A DNA stretch of 63,171 nt, the filler included, from Chiloscyllium plagiosum (lineage: Eukaryota): NCBI RefSeq assembly GCF_004010195.1. It is 5 parts of one record of this genome, joined end to end, with 100 filler letters (N's around TTAATTAATTAA, not from the genome) between each part and the next. Parts side by side here need not be neighbours in the genome. Positions count along the whole stretch, not along the records: positions 19,720 to 33,143 come from NC_057710.1; positions 33,244 to 47,063 come from NC_057710.1; 3 more parts are not named here. One strand, written 5' to 3'. This document shows, piece after piece, positions 25,175 through 38,175 of this stretch; the first letter of the stretch is position 1, and the number at the start of each line of letters is the position of its first letter. The position numbers were made by a program, and so were the translations under genes. The notes beneath the pieces were generated by a model. It was not told the origin of the DNA. It did not search any database and saw only the letters and a program-made list of their open reading frames with translations.

Positions 25175-25759
25175 TCTAGATTAAATTAATACACCATGGA
25201 GGACAGCTTTCTTTGGGAATGTTGTCAGTCATCTATTTCCTTATCTGGAAGGTCCTTGATTTCACAAATTTTCTTCACTGGGGAACTGGTCTCTGCCAAC
25301 TCAGCTAATTGCTCCCTAACATTATCAGGAGCCCTATAAGCTAGTGTATGTCCATCATGAAAGACAGCATATATTACAACTTTCTAATTTCCTAGAGAGC
25401 AGTTATGGGTTAAACACTTCATTGTAAAACTGGAAGCACATATAGACCAGACCAAGGCTTCCTTCCCTTGAGGGCATTAGTGAAGCAGCTGGGTCTTTAT
25501 GACAATGGTTACATGATCACCAAAAGGCTATCTTTTTCTGTTTCAAATTCCATTGAATTCACATTTCACAATCCGCAAGACCCCAGAACATCAGTCTCAA
25601 GGTCTCGATTACCAGTCCAGTGACACCATCACTATGTCACATCCTCCCTGATATAGATTGCATACAGCTAAGGTCCTTAAAATTACAGCCCACCAACCAG
25701 AAAATGTCCCTTTTATTCTTACTTCCTGTTTTCTGCCCTTAATCTACATATTAAGATAT

Positions 25760-26960
25760 TATAGAACATAGAACATAGAACATAGAACATTACAGCGCAG
25801 TACAGCCCTTTGGCCCTCGATGTTGCACCGCCCTGTCATACTAACCCGAAGACCATCCACCTACACTATTCCATGTACGTCCATATGCCTGTCCAATGAC
25901 GACTGAAATGCACTTAAACTTGGCGAATCTACTACCTTTGCAGGCAAAGCATTCCATACCCTTACTACTCTCTGAGTAAAGAAACTACCTCTGACATCTG
26001 TCNNNNNNNNNNNNNNNNNNNNNNNNNNNNNNNNNNNNNNNNNNNNNNNNNNNNNNNNNNNNNNNNNNNNNNNNNNNNNNNNNNNNNNNNNNNNNNNNNN
26101 NNNNNNNNNNNNNNNNNNNNNNNNNNNNNNNNNNNNNNNNNNNNNNNNNNNNNNNNNNNNNNNNNNNNNNNNNNNNNNNNNNNNNNNNNNNNNNNNNNNN
26201 NNNNNNNNNNNNNNNNNNNNNNNNNNNNNNNNNNNNNNNNNNNNNNNNNNNNNNNNNNNNNNNNNNNNNNNNNNNNNNNNNNNNNNNNNNNNNNNNNNNN
26301 NNNNNNNNNACTTTGCATTCCGATTACTCCATCCAAAGTGTATCACCTCACACTTGTCCACATTAAACTCCATTTGCCACCTCTCAGCCCAGCTCTGCAT
26401 CCTATCTATGTTTCTCTGCAACCTACTACATCCTTCATCACTATCCACAACTCCACCGACCTTAGTGTCGTCCGCAAATTTACTAACCCACCCTTCTAAG
26501 CCCCCATCCTTGCTGTACGCCGCTAGTAACTGGACACCAAGATGAACATGTTCCATCAATTACAACTCTCTGTTTTCTTTCAGCAAGCCAATTACTGATC
26601 CAAACTGCTATGTCTCCCACAATCCCATTCCTCCGCATTTTGTATAATAGCCTACTGTGGGGAACCTTATCGAACGCCTTGCTGAAATCCATATACACCA
26701 CATCAACTGGTTTACTCTCATCTACCTGTGTGGTCACTTTGTCAAAAAAGTCAGGAAGATTCGTTCGGCACGACCTACCCTTCACAAAACTGTGCTGACT
26801 GTCCCTGATCAGATTATTCTTTTCTAGGTGGTTATAAATCCTGTCTCTTATAACCTTTTCCAACACTTTACCAACAACTGAAGTGAGACTCACCCTTTTT
26901 GAACAAGGGAACTACATTTGCTATCCTCCAGTCCTCAGGCACTATTCCTGTAGACAATAT
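25760..26960 (-). mobile_element. CR1 LINE, (TTCTATG)n tail family, with gap
   Basis: SLTSVVGKVLE...[36 protein letters not shown]; tail atagaacatagaacatagaac. Confidence 0.92.
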
Positions 26961-27698
26961 TACCTCGCAATCACAGGAGTTCTAATTTTGTGTAATAATC
27001 CCTTGTGTGGTAGCTTGACAAATGTCCTTTAAAAATCCACAGGTACTAAATCCACTGGGTGCCCTTTATGCATTCCACTAGTTACATTCTCAAAACACTC
27101 TAACATAATTTCTATTTCATGAACACAAGTTGAGTCTTCTTGAGCACATCCTGATGTTCTAAGTGACCTATCATCAACCCGTAAAAATAGATCTCACTGT
27201 GTTGCCAACAAGAATTGTTAGGCTAATTGGCTGCAGTGATATATTTTCGCTTTTGTTTCTTTCTTAGGAAGTGGAATTATTTTTGCGACCTTCCTAACAT
27301 TGGGAACATTTCTAAAGTCTGAAGTGGCCTCAAAGATCAAGATCAATGCACCCACTATTTCTGCAACTACCTCTTTAAAAACCCTAGAAAGGTTCAAAGG
27401 ATTTGTCCCCACAATGTACACTAATTTCTTCATTAATGTTTATTTTCTTATTCTGAACTCTTTAGATTCTTCATTCTTACTTGGTTCTTCAACTTTCCAG
27501 AATATTTTTGTTTCTCCTGCTGTAAAGACCGATACAAAATATTTGCATAATTTCCTTCTTTTATTCCATAGTTTCCATAGAATTTCACCGCTTCTGTCTC
27601 TAATAGGTATCTGTTTGCTTTTAGGAATCTTATGCACCTATAGAAACTTTTAAAAACTTTGCATTTCTTGCTACTCCATTTTTCTTATCAGTTCCTTA

Positions 27699-28806
27699 GT
27701 CAATAGACAATAGACAATAGACAATAGACAATAGTCCTGTTCCTGCCTTATCTCCATAACCCTTGATTCCACTATCTTTGAGAGCTCTATCCAACTCTTT
27801 CTTAAATGAATCCAGAGACTGGGCCTCCACTGCCCTCTGGGGCAGAGCATTCCACACAGCCACCACTCTCTGGGTGAAGAAGTTTCTCCTCATCTCTGTC
27901 CTAAATGGTCTACACCATATTTTTAAGCTATGTCCTCTGGTTTGGCACTCACCCTTCAGCAGAAACATGTTTCCTGCTGCCAGTGTGTCTAATCCTTTCA
28001 TAATCTTATATGTCTCAATCAGATCCCCTCTCAGTCTTCTAAACTCAAGGGTATACAAGCCCAGTCGCTTCAGTCTTTCAGTGTAAGGTAATCCCGCCAT
28101 TCCAGGAATTGACCTCGTGAACCTACGCTGCACTCCCTCAATAGCCAGAATGTCTTTCCTCAAGTTTGGAGACCAGAACTGCACACAGTACTCCAGGTGT
28201 GGTCTCACCAGGGCCCTGCACAGCTGCAGAAGCACCTCTTTGCTTCTATACTCAATTCCTCTTGTTAGGAAGGCAAGCATGCTATTAGCCTTCTTCACTA
28301 TCTGCTGTACCTGCATGCTTGCCTTCATTGACTGGTGTACAAGAACACCCAGATCTCTCTGTACTGCCCCTTTACCTAAATTGATTCCATTGGCCTTCCT
28401 GTTCTTGCCACCAAAGTGGATAACCATACATTTATCCACATTAAACTGCATCTGCCATGCATCTGCCCACTCACCTAACTTGTCCAGGTCATCCTGTAAT
28501 CTCCTAACATCCTCATCACATTTTACCCTGCCACCCAGCTTTGTATCATCAGCAAATTTGCTAATGTTATTGCCGATACCATCTTCTATATCATTAACAA
28601 ATGTTGTAAAAAGCTACGGTCCCACAACGGATCCCTGCGGTACGCCACTGGTCACTGCCTGCCATTCTGAAATGGAGCCGTTTATCACTACCCTTTGTTT
28701 CCTATCAGCCAACCAATTTTCAATCCAATCTAGTACTTTGCCCCCAATACCATGCGCCCTAATTTTACTCACTAACCTCCTGTGTGGGACTTTATCAAAA
28801 GCTTTT
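27699..28806 (-). mobile_element. Young CR1 ORF2 3' part
   Basis: [11 protein letters not shown]...GVPQGSVVGP; 251-aa open C-terminal ORF (27696-28451); (TCTATTG)n tail. Confidence 0.93.
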
Positions 28807-28949
28807 TCAGTATTCTGAAATATTGCAGTCTTTAAGTTCACTACACTTTCTGGCAATGTTATCATCTATTTCTCTTGATCTAGTATTATCCCTTCAGAGA
28901 TCATCTGTTCTGCGTGTTTAAGTTATGGAAAGCACTGGTTGGTTTGAGA

Positions 28950-29397
28950 AAGGCTGCATAGGCTGGGTCTTTTTTCCCTAGTGTGTAGGAGGTTGAGGAG
29001 TGACCTTATAGAGGTTTATCAAATCATGAGGGGCATAGATAAGGTAACTAGAAAAAGTATTTTCCCTCGGGTAGGGGAGTTAAAACTAGATGAGACGATT
29101 TTAAGGTGAGGGGTGAAACTTGAAAGGAATCTGAGGGCAACCTTTTTCACACAGAGGGTGGTTTGTTTGTGGAATAAACTGTTAGAGGAAGTGGTAGATG
29201 CAGGTACAATTGCAACATTTAAAAAACATTTGGACAGGTAAATGATTTGGAAAGGTTGAGAGGGCGATGGGCCAAAAGCCCATATATATAGGGGAGACAA
29301 AAAAAACAGATGTAAATAGGACTAGTTTAGTTTGGGAAGCCTGGTCAGCATGGATGAAGTTGGACCGAAGAGTCTGTTTCCGTGCTGTCTGACTCTA
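28950..29397 (+). mobile_element. CR1 3' end
   Basis: RRLRSDLIEVYQIMRG, FFTQRVV; CR1 3' UTR. Confidence 0.85.
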
Positions 29398-29708
29398 AGC
29401 CTCATGACTGGTAGGAGGATTAATAACAAGGAAGTATAACATCATGACTGAGGCTTGGCACTTTAGAATCAAAATATGGAAGTACATTTCAACACAGAGA
29501 ATGATAGAAATCTGAAATTCTCTCCAAGGGACTGTGGCTGTTAGTAAAGGGATGTAGAGCAAAGCTGAGGAATTGCAGTGCAAAGATTTCATAATTTAAT
29601 TGAATGCGAGAGCAGGTTTGAGGAGTTAATTGGGCTACTCCTATTCCAAACATTAACACACACGTACATTAATACGTCAACAGGTCACTGCACTCTGAAT
29701 GTTTAGCT

Positions 29709-30022
29709 TAGATTAGATTAGATTACTTACAGTGTGGAAACAGGCCCTTCGGCCCAACAAGTCCACACCGACCCGCCGAAGCGCAACCCACCCATACCCC
29801 TACATTTACCCCTTACCTAACACTACGGGCAATTTAGCATGGCCAATTCACCTGACCTGCACATCTTTTGGACTGTGGGAGGAAACCGGAGCACCCGGAG
29901 GAAACCCACGCAGACACGGGGAGAATGTGCAAACTCCACACAGTCAGTCGCCTGAGGCGGAAGTTGAACCAGGGTCTCTGGCGCTGTGAGGCAGCAGTGC
30001 TAACCACTGTGCCACCGTGCCG
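29709..30022 (-). mobile_element. Young HE1-type V-SINE
   Basis: ggcacggtggcacagtggttagcactgctgcctcacagcgcc head, CpGs retained, (TCTAA)n tail. Confidence 0.92.
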
Positions 30023-32520
30023 CCCACTCCACACAGTCAGTCGCCATTTCCTCATTCACTAATCATGTGAGGTCCTACTTTACAGGTTTAAGAGAGTACC
30101 AAAAATCATCTCTTAATCTGCACAACACCACCATTAGAAGACGTGAAACTAGCTGTGTGCTAATACATTTCACTACCAGCTCGTGCAAATGCATCACACT
30201 TAGAGCCCAACTGACAATCCAAAATTAGTCATCTGCATAATTGTTCACACTCGTGATTATTTTGTTACACTCAACCAGCCCATGTTTGCAAAACTCAAAC
30301 ACAATGTCAAATGTCAAGACAGAGAGCTCTGCTCATTGTGACTATTCTAGGATTTGCTAATTCAGAATCTATTGGCCAATTCTATGAAATCTTTCCAAAA
30401 GGTATCTTCTCATCTCAGTAACCATACATTCTTTCTTCTACGAGTGGATCAAACTTGTACAAAGTAATCCAGTGACCTAATCTCTGTGTAATTGAAAGAA
30501 GGAGATGCTCTTGTTTTATTCTAACCCATTTGCAATAAAGGCTAATATACCATTTACCACATGCTTTGCTTTACCCAATTCTAAACATTTATGATATGTG
30601 GGTAAGAGCAACTAAATTCCTTTACATAGCAACACTCACTCATTCATTATGACAACCATGAAAATGCAAAATACTGTGACTGCTAGAATGCAATGAGATA
30701 ATCCAGAAATTGTTAGCATCTGGGACAAGAGAAACAGAATTTTCTAGCTTTCAAGTGAAAGGGAAGAAGCTTGATAACTGATCAAAGGGGAGATCTGTAA
30801 TAGAATAGGAAGTATGGTTAGTGTAAGGCCAGATCAAGTAGTTATAGGATAGATACAGAAACAAAAGGTACATCTAGAGGTGAGTGCAGAACGGTCCTGT
30901 CTGAAAGCAAATAAAATAACTATCTGCAAAAAGATCATATTCTGAAATTGTTGAATGCATTATTGATTCTTGAAGTCTATAAAAGTACCTGATGCATTTC
31001 TTTGAGCTTGCATTGAGCTCTTTGGAATGCTGAGGAGAGATAGGTCCTTCTGGAAATAAACTGAAAAGGTTAAAATGACAAGTGGTTGGAAGGTCAGGAT
31101 CATGCTTGTGGATTGAAAAGAGATTTCCAGTTTATTAGCCTTATACCTTTCAGAAATATTCTGCTTTCCTACTGCCAACCTATATACCATTCATTTTTAG
31201 CCTCTGTGTGTCTCCCCCAAAACCTGCTTTCCCAACAAGCTTCAGAGTTATACCATTTGAGTCATAATTAAAATATTATGTTCCTGAAGAAACTGGTCAA
31301 AATTAAATATCCAAAATTGGCTGCCGTTCCTCTTTGTAAGGAAGAAAATTATGTACTAATACATCTGATTATTTGTTGCCATGGAAAATAACATAATTTT
31401 AAGCAGCCTTCTCTTATTTAGTTTGCAAGACTCCAATGTTTAATATAGTATCAGGAAGTATTACAGGCATCTTGAATAGCCTACTGGCAGTCCATTATAT
31501 GTGTGCATCCCACGTGTTGACAGATACAAGGAGCTTAATATTTCTGATAAGGATGAAGTGCAGGAGGTTAAGCAGTGTAAAAAAATGTCTCCTTGGAGGA
31601 TGCATGTTGTGTGTGATTAGTTCTGCCAAAGGGGAATAATTTTCCTCCAAGATAATTGAAAACAATCTCAGACTACTATCGAGTCGTCCAGAAAAGAAGC
31701 AATTTACAATTCTAAAGCAGCCATTTCGGACTGGGATAAGAAGTAATTTGTTCACTCAAAGGATTGTGAATCATTGCTATTCTCCAGACCAGAATGCTGT
31801 GGATGGTCAATCATGGCTCCATCTTAAGATCACCCTATGTCCTACTTATCCCACCTTATCTATCTCCTACGGCCCCTCATTCACATACTTGTTCAATCTT
31901 CCCCCAGCTCCTTGTAGCCTGAATGCCAACTTAGTGTCATCTTATAACTATTCACTACCCAGCCTTTACCTTCCCATCTCCGTGCCAGCTAACCCAATAT
32001 TCACCATTGGCATACATCTAGAGAATTGTAGACTGAAAATAATGTTATCTGTCAATGATGATGATGTCACTATCAAGGAAAAATACTCTCAAAAGTTTCA
32101 TCCACTGAAATTCCTTCACAAAAATCCCGTGTGTAAACAAACATTTCAGTAAATACTTAATTCCTTTTGTAAACAAACATTTCCATTTATAAGCAGCCCA
32201 TCAAAATGCTCATTTGATATGCACCCCATTGTAAAAATGATCATTTGGGAAATTGGTCATGCTGTACAGAGCTTGTCATGGTTTATGTCAACAAAAATAC
32301 TGAAATATCTAACACTGTTTTTTCTTAATAAAACATTTTTGTAGAAGGGGTCATTAACCATGCATTAAGCGATGAAGTAGCTTCAGTGATAAAATGTGCC
32401 AGAGGATCTCAACAGGGCTGGTAACACTAGTGAAATGGTGAGATTAGTATCAGAATCAGACCAAACATCAGCAAGACCAATATCAATGTCAGGAGTACTT
32501 CTCTCCATCTCTTATGCTTT

Positions 32521-33143
32521 TAAGACCATAAGACAAACGAGTAGAAGTAAGGCCATTCGGCCCATCGAGTCCATTCCGCCATTCAATCATGGCTGATGGA
32601 CATTTCAACTCCATTTACCCACTTTCTCCCCATAGCCCTTAATTCCTTGTGACATCAAGAATTTATCAATCTCTGCCTTGAAGACATTTAGCTTCCCGGC
32701 CTCCACTGCACTCTGCGGCAATGAATTCCACAGGCCCACCACTCTCTGGCTGATGAAATGTCTCCACATTTCTGTTCTGAATTGACCCCCTCTAATTCTA
32801 AGGCTGTGTCCACGGGTCCTAGTCTCCTCGACTGACGGAGACAATTTCCTAGCATCTACCCTTTCCAAGCCATGTATTATCTTGTAAGTTTCTATTAGAT
32901 CTCCCCTTAATCTTCTAAACTCCAATGAGTACAATCCCAGGATCCTCAGCCGTTCCTAGTATGTTAGACCTACCATTCCAGGGATCATCCGTGTGAATCT
33001 CCGTTGGACACGCTCCAGTGCCAGTATGTCCTTCCTGAGGTGTGGGGACCAAAACTGAACACTGTACTCCAAATGGAGCCTAACCAGAGCTTTATAAAGT
33101 CTCAGTAGCACAACGGTGCTTTTATATTCCAACCCCCTTGAGA
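32521..33143 (-). mobile_element. CR1 3' end
   Basis: ORF 32605-32934 EFRRLRGDLIETYKII...VGLWNSLPQ; tail tcttatgg. Confidence 0.9.
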
Positions 33144-33243
33144 NNNNNNNNNNNNNNNNNNNNNNNNNNNNNNNNNNNNNNNNNNNNTTAATTAATTAAN
33201 NNNNNNNNNNNNNNNNNNNNNNNNNNNNNNNNNNNNNNNNNNN

Positions 33244-33335
33244 CCTGTGCCTTGGATGCTGCCTGACCTGCTGCGCTTTTCCAGCAACACATTTTCAGCT
33301 CTGATCTCCAGCATCTGCAGACCTCACTTTCTCCT
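33244..33335 (+). mobile_element. PLE family A 3' tail, cut by a gap
   Basis: ggatgctgcctgacctgctgcgcttttccagc...gacctcactttctcc. Confidence 0.8.
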
Positions 33336-33501
33336 GTAATGGAAGAGCCTGGCTTGGGGAGTGACAAGTTCTGGAGCACAGGTCTTCAGTACTATTGCCA
33401 GAACGTTGTCAGGGCCCATAGCCTTTGCAGTATCCAGAGTCTCCAACTTTTTCTTGATGTCACATGGAGTGACTCAATTTGGCTGAAGATTGGCATCTGT
33501 G

Positions 33502-34190
33502 ATAGAGTCAGAGAGTCATAGAGATGTACAGCACGGAAACAGACCCTTTGGTCCAACCCGTCCATGCCGACCAGATATCCCAACCCAATCTAGTCCCACC
33601 TGCCAGCACCCGGCCCATATCCTTCCAAACCCTTCCTATTCATATACCCATTCAGATGCCTCTTAAATGCTGTAATTGCACCAGCCTCCACTACTTCCTC
33701 TTGCAGCTCATTCCATACACATGAAAAAGTTACCCCTTAGGTCTCTTTTATATCTCTCCCCTCTCACCCTAAACCTATGCTCTCTGGTTCTGGACTTTCC
33801 TACCCCAAGGAAAAGACTTTGTCTATTTATCCTATCCATGCCCCTCATGATTTTATAAACCTTTATAAGGTCATCCCTCAGCCTCCGACGCTCCAGGGAA
33901 AACAGCCCCAGCCTGTTCAGCCTCCAACCCTGGCAACATCCTTGTAAATCTTTTCTGAACCCTTTCAGGTTTCAAAACACCTTTCTGATAGGAAGGAGAC
34001 CAGAATTGCACCCAATATTCCAAAAGTGGCCTAATCAATATCCTGTACAGCTGCAACATGACCTCCCAACACCTGTACTCAATACTCTGACCAATAAAGG
34101 AAAGCATATCCAAATGCCTTCTTCACTATCCTATCTACCTGTGACTCCACTTTCAAGGAGCTATGCACTCCAAGGTCTCTTTGTTCAGCA
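33502..34190 (-). mobile_element. CR1 3' end
   Basis: [15 protein letters not shown]...ERVQKRFTRMLPGLE; ctctatgactct tail. Confidence 0.9.
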
Positions 34191-34240
34191 TGCTAGGGAT
34201 CACTGGAGGAGACCATAATGAATCATCCATTTGGCACTTC

Positions 34241-34285
34241 TAGGCAAAAGTGAGGACTGCAGATGCTGGAAACCAGAGTTTAGAT
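34241..34285 (-). mobile_element. PLE family A terminus, cut by a gap
   Basis: aggcaaaagtgaggactgcagatgctggaaaccagag, matches 25044-25080. Confidence 0.75.
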
Positions 34286-35643
34286 NNNNNNNNNNNNNNN
34301 NNNNNNNNNNNNNNNNNNNNNNNNNNNNNNNNNNNNNNNNNNNNNNNNNNNNNNNNNNNNNNNNNNNNNNNNNNNNNNNNNNNNNNNNNNNNNNNNNNNN
34401 NNNNNNNNNNNNNNNNNNNNNNNNNNNNNNNNNNNNNNNNNNNNNNNNNNNNNNNNNNNNNNNNNNNNNNNNNNNNNNNNNNNNNNNNNNNNNNNNNNNN
34501 NNNNNNNNNNNNNNNNNNNNNNNNNNNNNNNNNNNNNNNNNNNNNNNNNNNNNNNNNNNNNNNNNNNNNNNNNNNNNNNNNNNNNNNNNNNNNNNNNNNN
34601 NNNNNNNNNNNNNNNNNNNNNNNNNNNNNNNNNNNNNNNNNNNNNNNNNNNNNNNNNNNNNNNNNNNNNNNNNNNNNNNNNNNNNNNNNNNNNNNNNNNN
34701 NNNNNNNNNNNNNNNNNNNNNNNNNNNNNNNNNNNNNNNNNNNNNNNNNNNNNNNNNNNNNNNNNNNNNNNNNNNNNNNNNNNNNCACTGATCCGTGCGG
34801 TACCCCACTGGTCACTGCATTGTATGTGTACTTATACCTTAGACTGCAGCAGTTCAAGAAGGCAGCTCACCACCAACTTCCCCAGAGCAGTTAGCAACAG
34901 ACAATAAATACTGGCCTAGCCAGTAATACCCATATCCTATTAAATTATAAACCATTGCAATACTCAAGTGACACTTAAAGAAGGACCACCAGGAGCATCC
35001 AATAATTCCCAGCCTTTCTAACAATGCTCACAATCATGAAAATAACAGAAAAAAAAGTTCAGGCATGTACAATGCATAGCTGTGTGCCTGGTATAACCTG
35101 TAAGAGCCTTCACATCATCATAGCAATACTGACAGTCATAGATTAACAGATAATTTCACACATTTCTCTGTAAATGTTAAATATACTGTTTATTTGTGAA
35201 CTGGTTTAACAGGAATATTGCAACAGGAATAGGTTTATTAACCACTTTAAACTGCCCAATTAAATCATGACTGATTACATAGCTCATCATCACTTTTCCT
35301 ATACAGTATCTCTTGATACTATTAATCTTGGTAAAATCTGATGATTCCTATTTCAAACCTGTTCAATGATTAAACCTCTATTGCCTTCTAATGTAGAGAA
35401 TGCCAAAGATTCACCAACCTCTGAGTAAATACATTTGTCCTCATCTTGGTCTTAAATAGCTAACCTTTGTTCTGAGATTATGTCCTCTGGGTTTAGAATG
35501 ACCAGCTAGAGAAACATCTAATCTATGTCCACCCTGTTTCACACACACATCCTGTTACAATTTTCTAAGTTTCAATGAGATAATCTTTCATTCTTCAAAA
35601 TGGTAAGGAATACAGGCCGAGTTTGCTTAATCACTCTTTATTA

Positions 35644-35971
35644 GCCATGATTTGGAGATGCTGGTGTGGAATGGGGTGGACAAAGTTAAAAATCACACAA
35701 CACCAGGTTACAGTCCAGCAGGTTTATCTGGAAGTACAAGCTTTCAGCGCGCTGCTCCTTTGTCAGGTAGCTAGTGGAGCAGGATGATAGGACACAGAAT
35801 TTATAAATTGCTATAAATTCTAGGTCTTATGATCCTGCTCCCCAGTTACCTGATGAAGGAGCAGCTCTCCAAAACCTAGTGCTTCCAAATAAACCTGTTG
35901 AACTATAACCTAGTGTTGTGTGATTTTTATTTTGTCCACCCCAGTCCACCCCAGCATCTCCAAATCATGGC
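35644..35971. mobile_element. ~330-bp palindromic PLE family B element with hammerhead motifs in both arms
   Basis: gccatgatttggagatgctgg...ccagcatctccaaatcatggc; plus-strand CTGATGA-A-GGAG-CAGCT-CTCC-AAAACCTA at 35850; degenerate minus copy at ~35737-35766. Confidence 0.85.
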
Positions 35972-36206
35972 CTTTAAGGAAGGAAGTCTGCTTTCCTTAC
36001 CTGGTCTAACCTACATGTGATTCCACATCTACAGCAATGTGGTTGATTCTGAACCACTCACAGAGCAATTGGTAATGAGCCACAATACTGGCCTAATCAG
36101 TAATGCCCACATTCCATATTAGTATATTTCTCTCAATTGCATGCACTCTAATTATAAGACCATAAGACATAAGAGCAGAAATTAGGACAATCAGCTCATC
36201 GATTCT

Positions 36207-36315
36207 GATTAGATTACCTTCAGTATGGAAACAGGCCCTTCGGCTCAACAAGTCCACGCCAACCCTCTGAAGAGTAACCCACCCATACCCATTCCCCATA
36301 TTTACCCCTGACTAA
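36207..36315 (-). mobile_element. V-SINE 3' fragment
   Basis: gattagattac...ggaaacaggcccttcggc...cccatacccattcccc. Confidence 0.75.
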
Positions 36316-37968
36316 AAGTATATTCAAGAGGGAAATCAGGAGGGCAAAACGGGGACATGAGATAGCTTTGGCAAATAGAATTAAGGAGAATCCAAAGGGT
36401 TTTTACAAATATATTAAGGACAAAAGGGTAACTAGGGAGAGAATAGGGCCACTCAAAGATCAGCAAGGCGGCCTTTGTGTGGAGCCGCAGAAAATGGGGG
36501 AGATACTAAACGAGTATTTTGCACCAATATTTATTGTGGAAAAGGATATGGAAGATATAGACTGTAGGGAAATAGATGGTGACACCTTGCAAAATGTCCA
36601 AATTACAAAGGAGGAAGTGCTGGATGTTTTGAAATGCATAATTGTGGATAAATCCCCAGGACCTGATCAGGTGTACCCTAGAACTCTGTGGGAAGCTGGG
36701 GAAGTGGTTGCTGAGCCTTTTGCTGAGATAGTTGCATCATCGATAGTCACAGGTGAGGTGCCGGAAGACTGAAGGTTGGCTATCATGGTGCCACTGTTTA
36801 AGAAGGTTGGTAAGGACAAGCCAGGGAACTATAGACCAGTGATGAAAATGTGTTGCTGGAAAAGTGCAGCAGGTCAGGCAGCATCCAGGGAACAGGAGAA
36901 TCGACGTTTCGGGCATAAGCCCTTCTTCAGGACCAGTGAGCCTGACGTCGGTGGTGGGCAAGCTGTTGGAGGGAATCCTGAGGGACAGGATGTACATGTA
37001 TTTGGAAAGGCAAGGACTGATTAGGGATAGTCAACATGGATTTGTGTATAGGAAGTCATGTCTCATAAACTTAATTCAGTTTTTTGAAGAAGTAACAAAG
37101 AGAGGATTGACAAGGGCAGAATGGTAGATGTGATCTATATGGATTTCAGTAAGGCATTCGACAAGGTTCCCCATGGGAGATTGATTAGCAAGATCATGGA
37201 ATACAGGGAGAACTAGCCACTTGGATACAGAACTGGCTCAAAGGTAGAAGACAGAGGGTGGTGGTGGAGGGTTGTTTTTCAGACTGGAGGCCTGTGACCA
37301 GTGGAGTGCCACAAGGATCGGTGCTGGGTCCTCTACTTTTTGTCATTTACATAAATGATTGGGATGTGAGCATAAGAGGTACAGTTAGTAAGTTTGCAGA
37401 TGACACCAAAATTGGAGGTGTAGTGGACAGCGAAGAGGGTTATCTCAGATTACAACAGGATCTTGACCAGATGGGCNNNNNNNNNNNNNNNNNNNNNNNN
37501 NNNNNNNNNNNNNNNNNNNNNNNNNNNNNNNNNNNNNNNNNNNNNNNNNNNNNNNNNNNNNNNNNNNNNNNNNNNNNNNNNNNNNNNNNNNNNNNNNNNN
37601 NNNNNNNNNNNNNNNNNNNNNNNNNNNNNNNNNNNNNNNNNNNNNNNNNNNNNNNNNNNNNNNNNNNNNNNNNNNNNNNNNNNNNNNNNNNNNNNNNNNN
37701 NNNNNNNNNNNNNNNNNNNNNNNNNNNNNNNNNNNNNNNNNNNNNNNNNNNNNNNNNNNNNNNNNNNNNNNNNNNNNNNNNNNNNNNNNGGTGGAGGCTG
37801 GTACAATTGCAACATTTAAGAGGCATTTGGATGGGTATATGAATAGGAAGGGTTTGGAGGGATATGGGCCGGGTGCTGGCAGGTGCGACTAGATTGGGTT
37901 GGGATATCTGCTCGGCATGGATGGGTTGGACCGAAAGGTCTGTTTCCATGCTGTATGTCTCTATGACT
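36316..37968 (+). mobile_element. CR1 LINE ORF2 to 3' end, with gap and PLE insertion
   Basis: NPKGFYKYIKDKR, KSPGPDQVYPR, GNYRPV|SLTSVVGKLLE, GVPQGSVLGP, FADDTK. Confidence 0.93.
36843..36930 (-). mobile_element. PLE family A insertion with 9-bp TSD and intact hammerhead core
   Basis: GACCAGTGA at 36834-36842 and 36931-36939; reverse complement CTGAAGA-A-GGGC-TTAT-GCCC-GAAACGTC-GA. Confidence 0.9.
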
Positions 37969-38175
37969 GATGCACCTAACACCACGGGCAATTTAGTGTG
38001 GCTAGTTCACCTGATCCCGCACATTTTTGGATTGTGGAAGGAAACCAGAGCACCCGGAGAAAACCCACGCAGACACAGGGAGAATGTTCAAACTCCACAC
38101 AGACAGTTGCCCAAAGTGGGAATCGAGTCCAGGTCCCTAGCGCTGTGAGGCAGAAGTGCGAATCACTCGGCCACC
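37967..38175 (-). mobile_element. Diverged HE1-type V-SINE
   Basis: V-domain and tRNA-like head on the minus strand. Confidence 0.8.
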
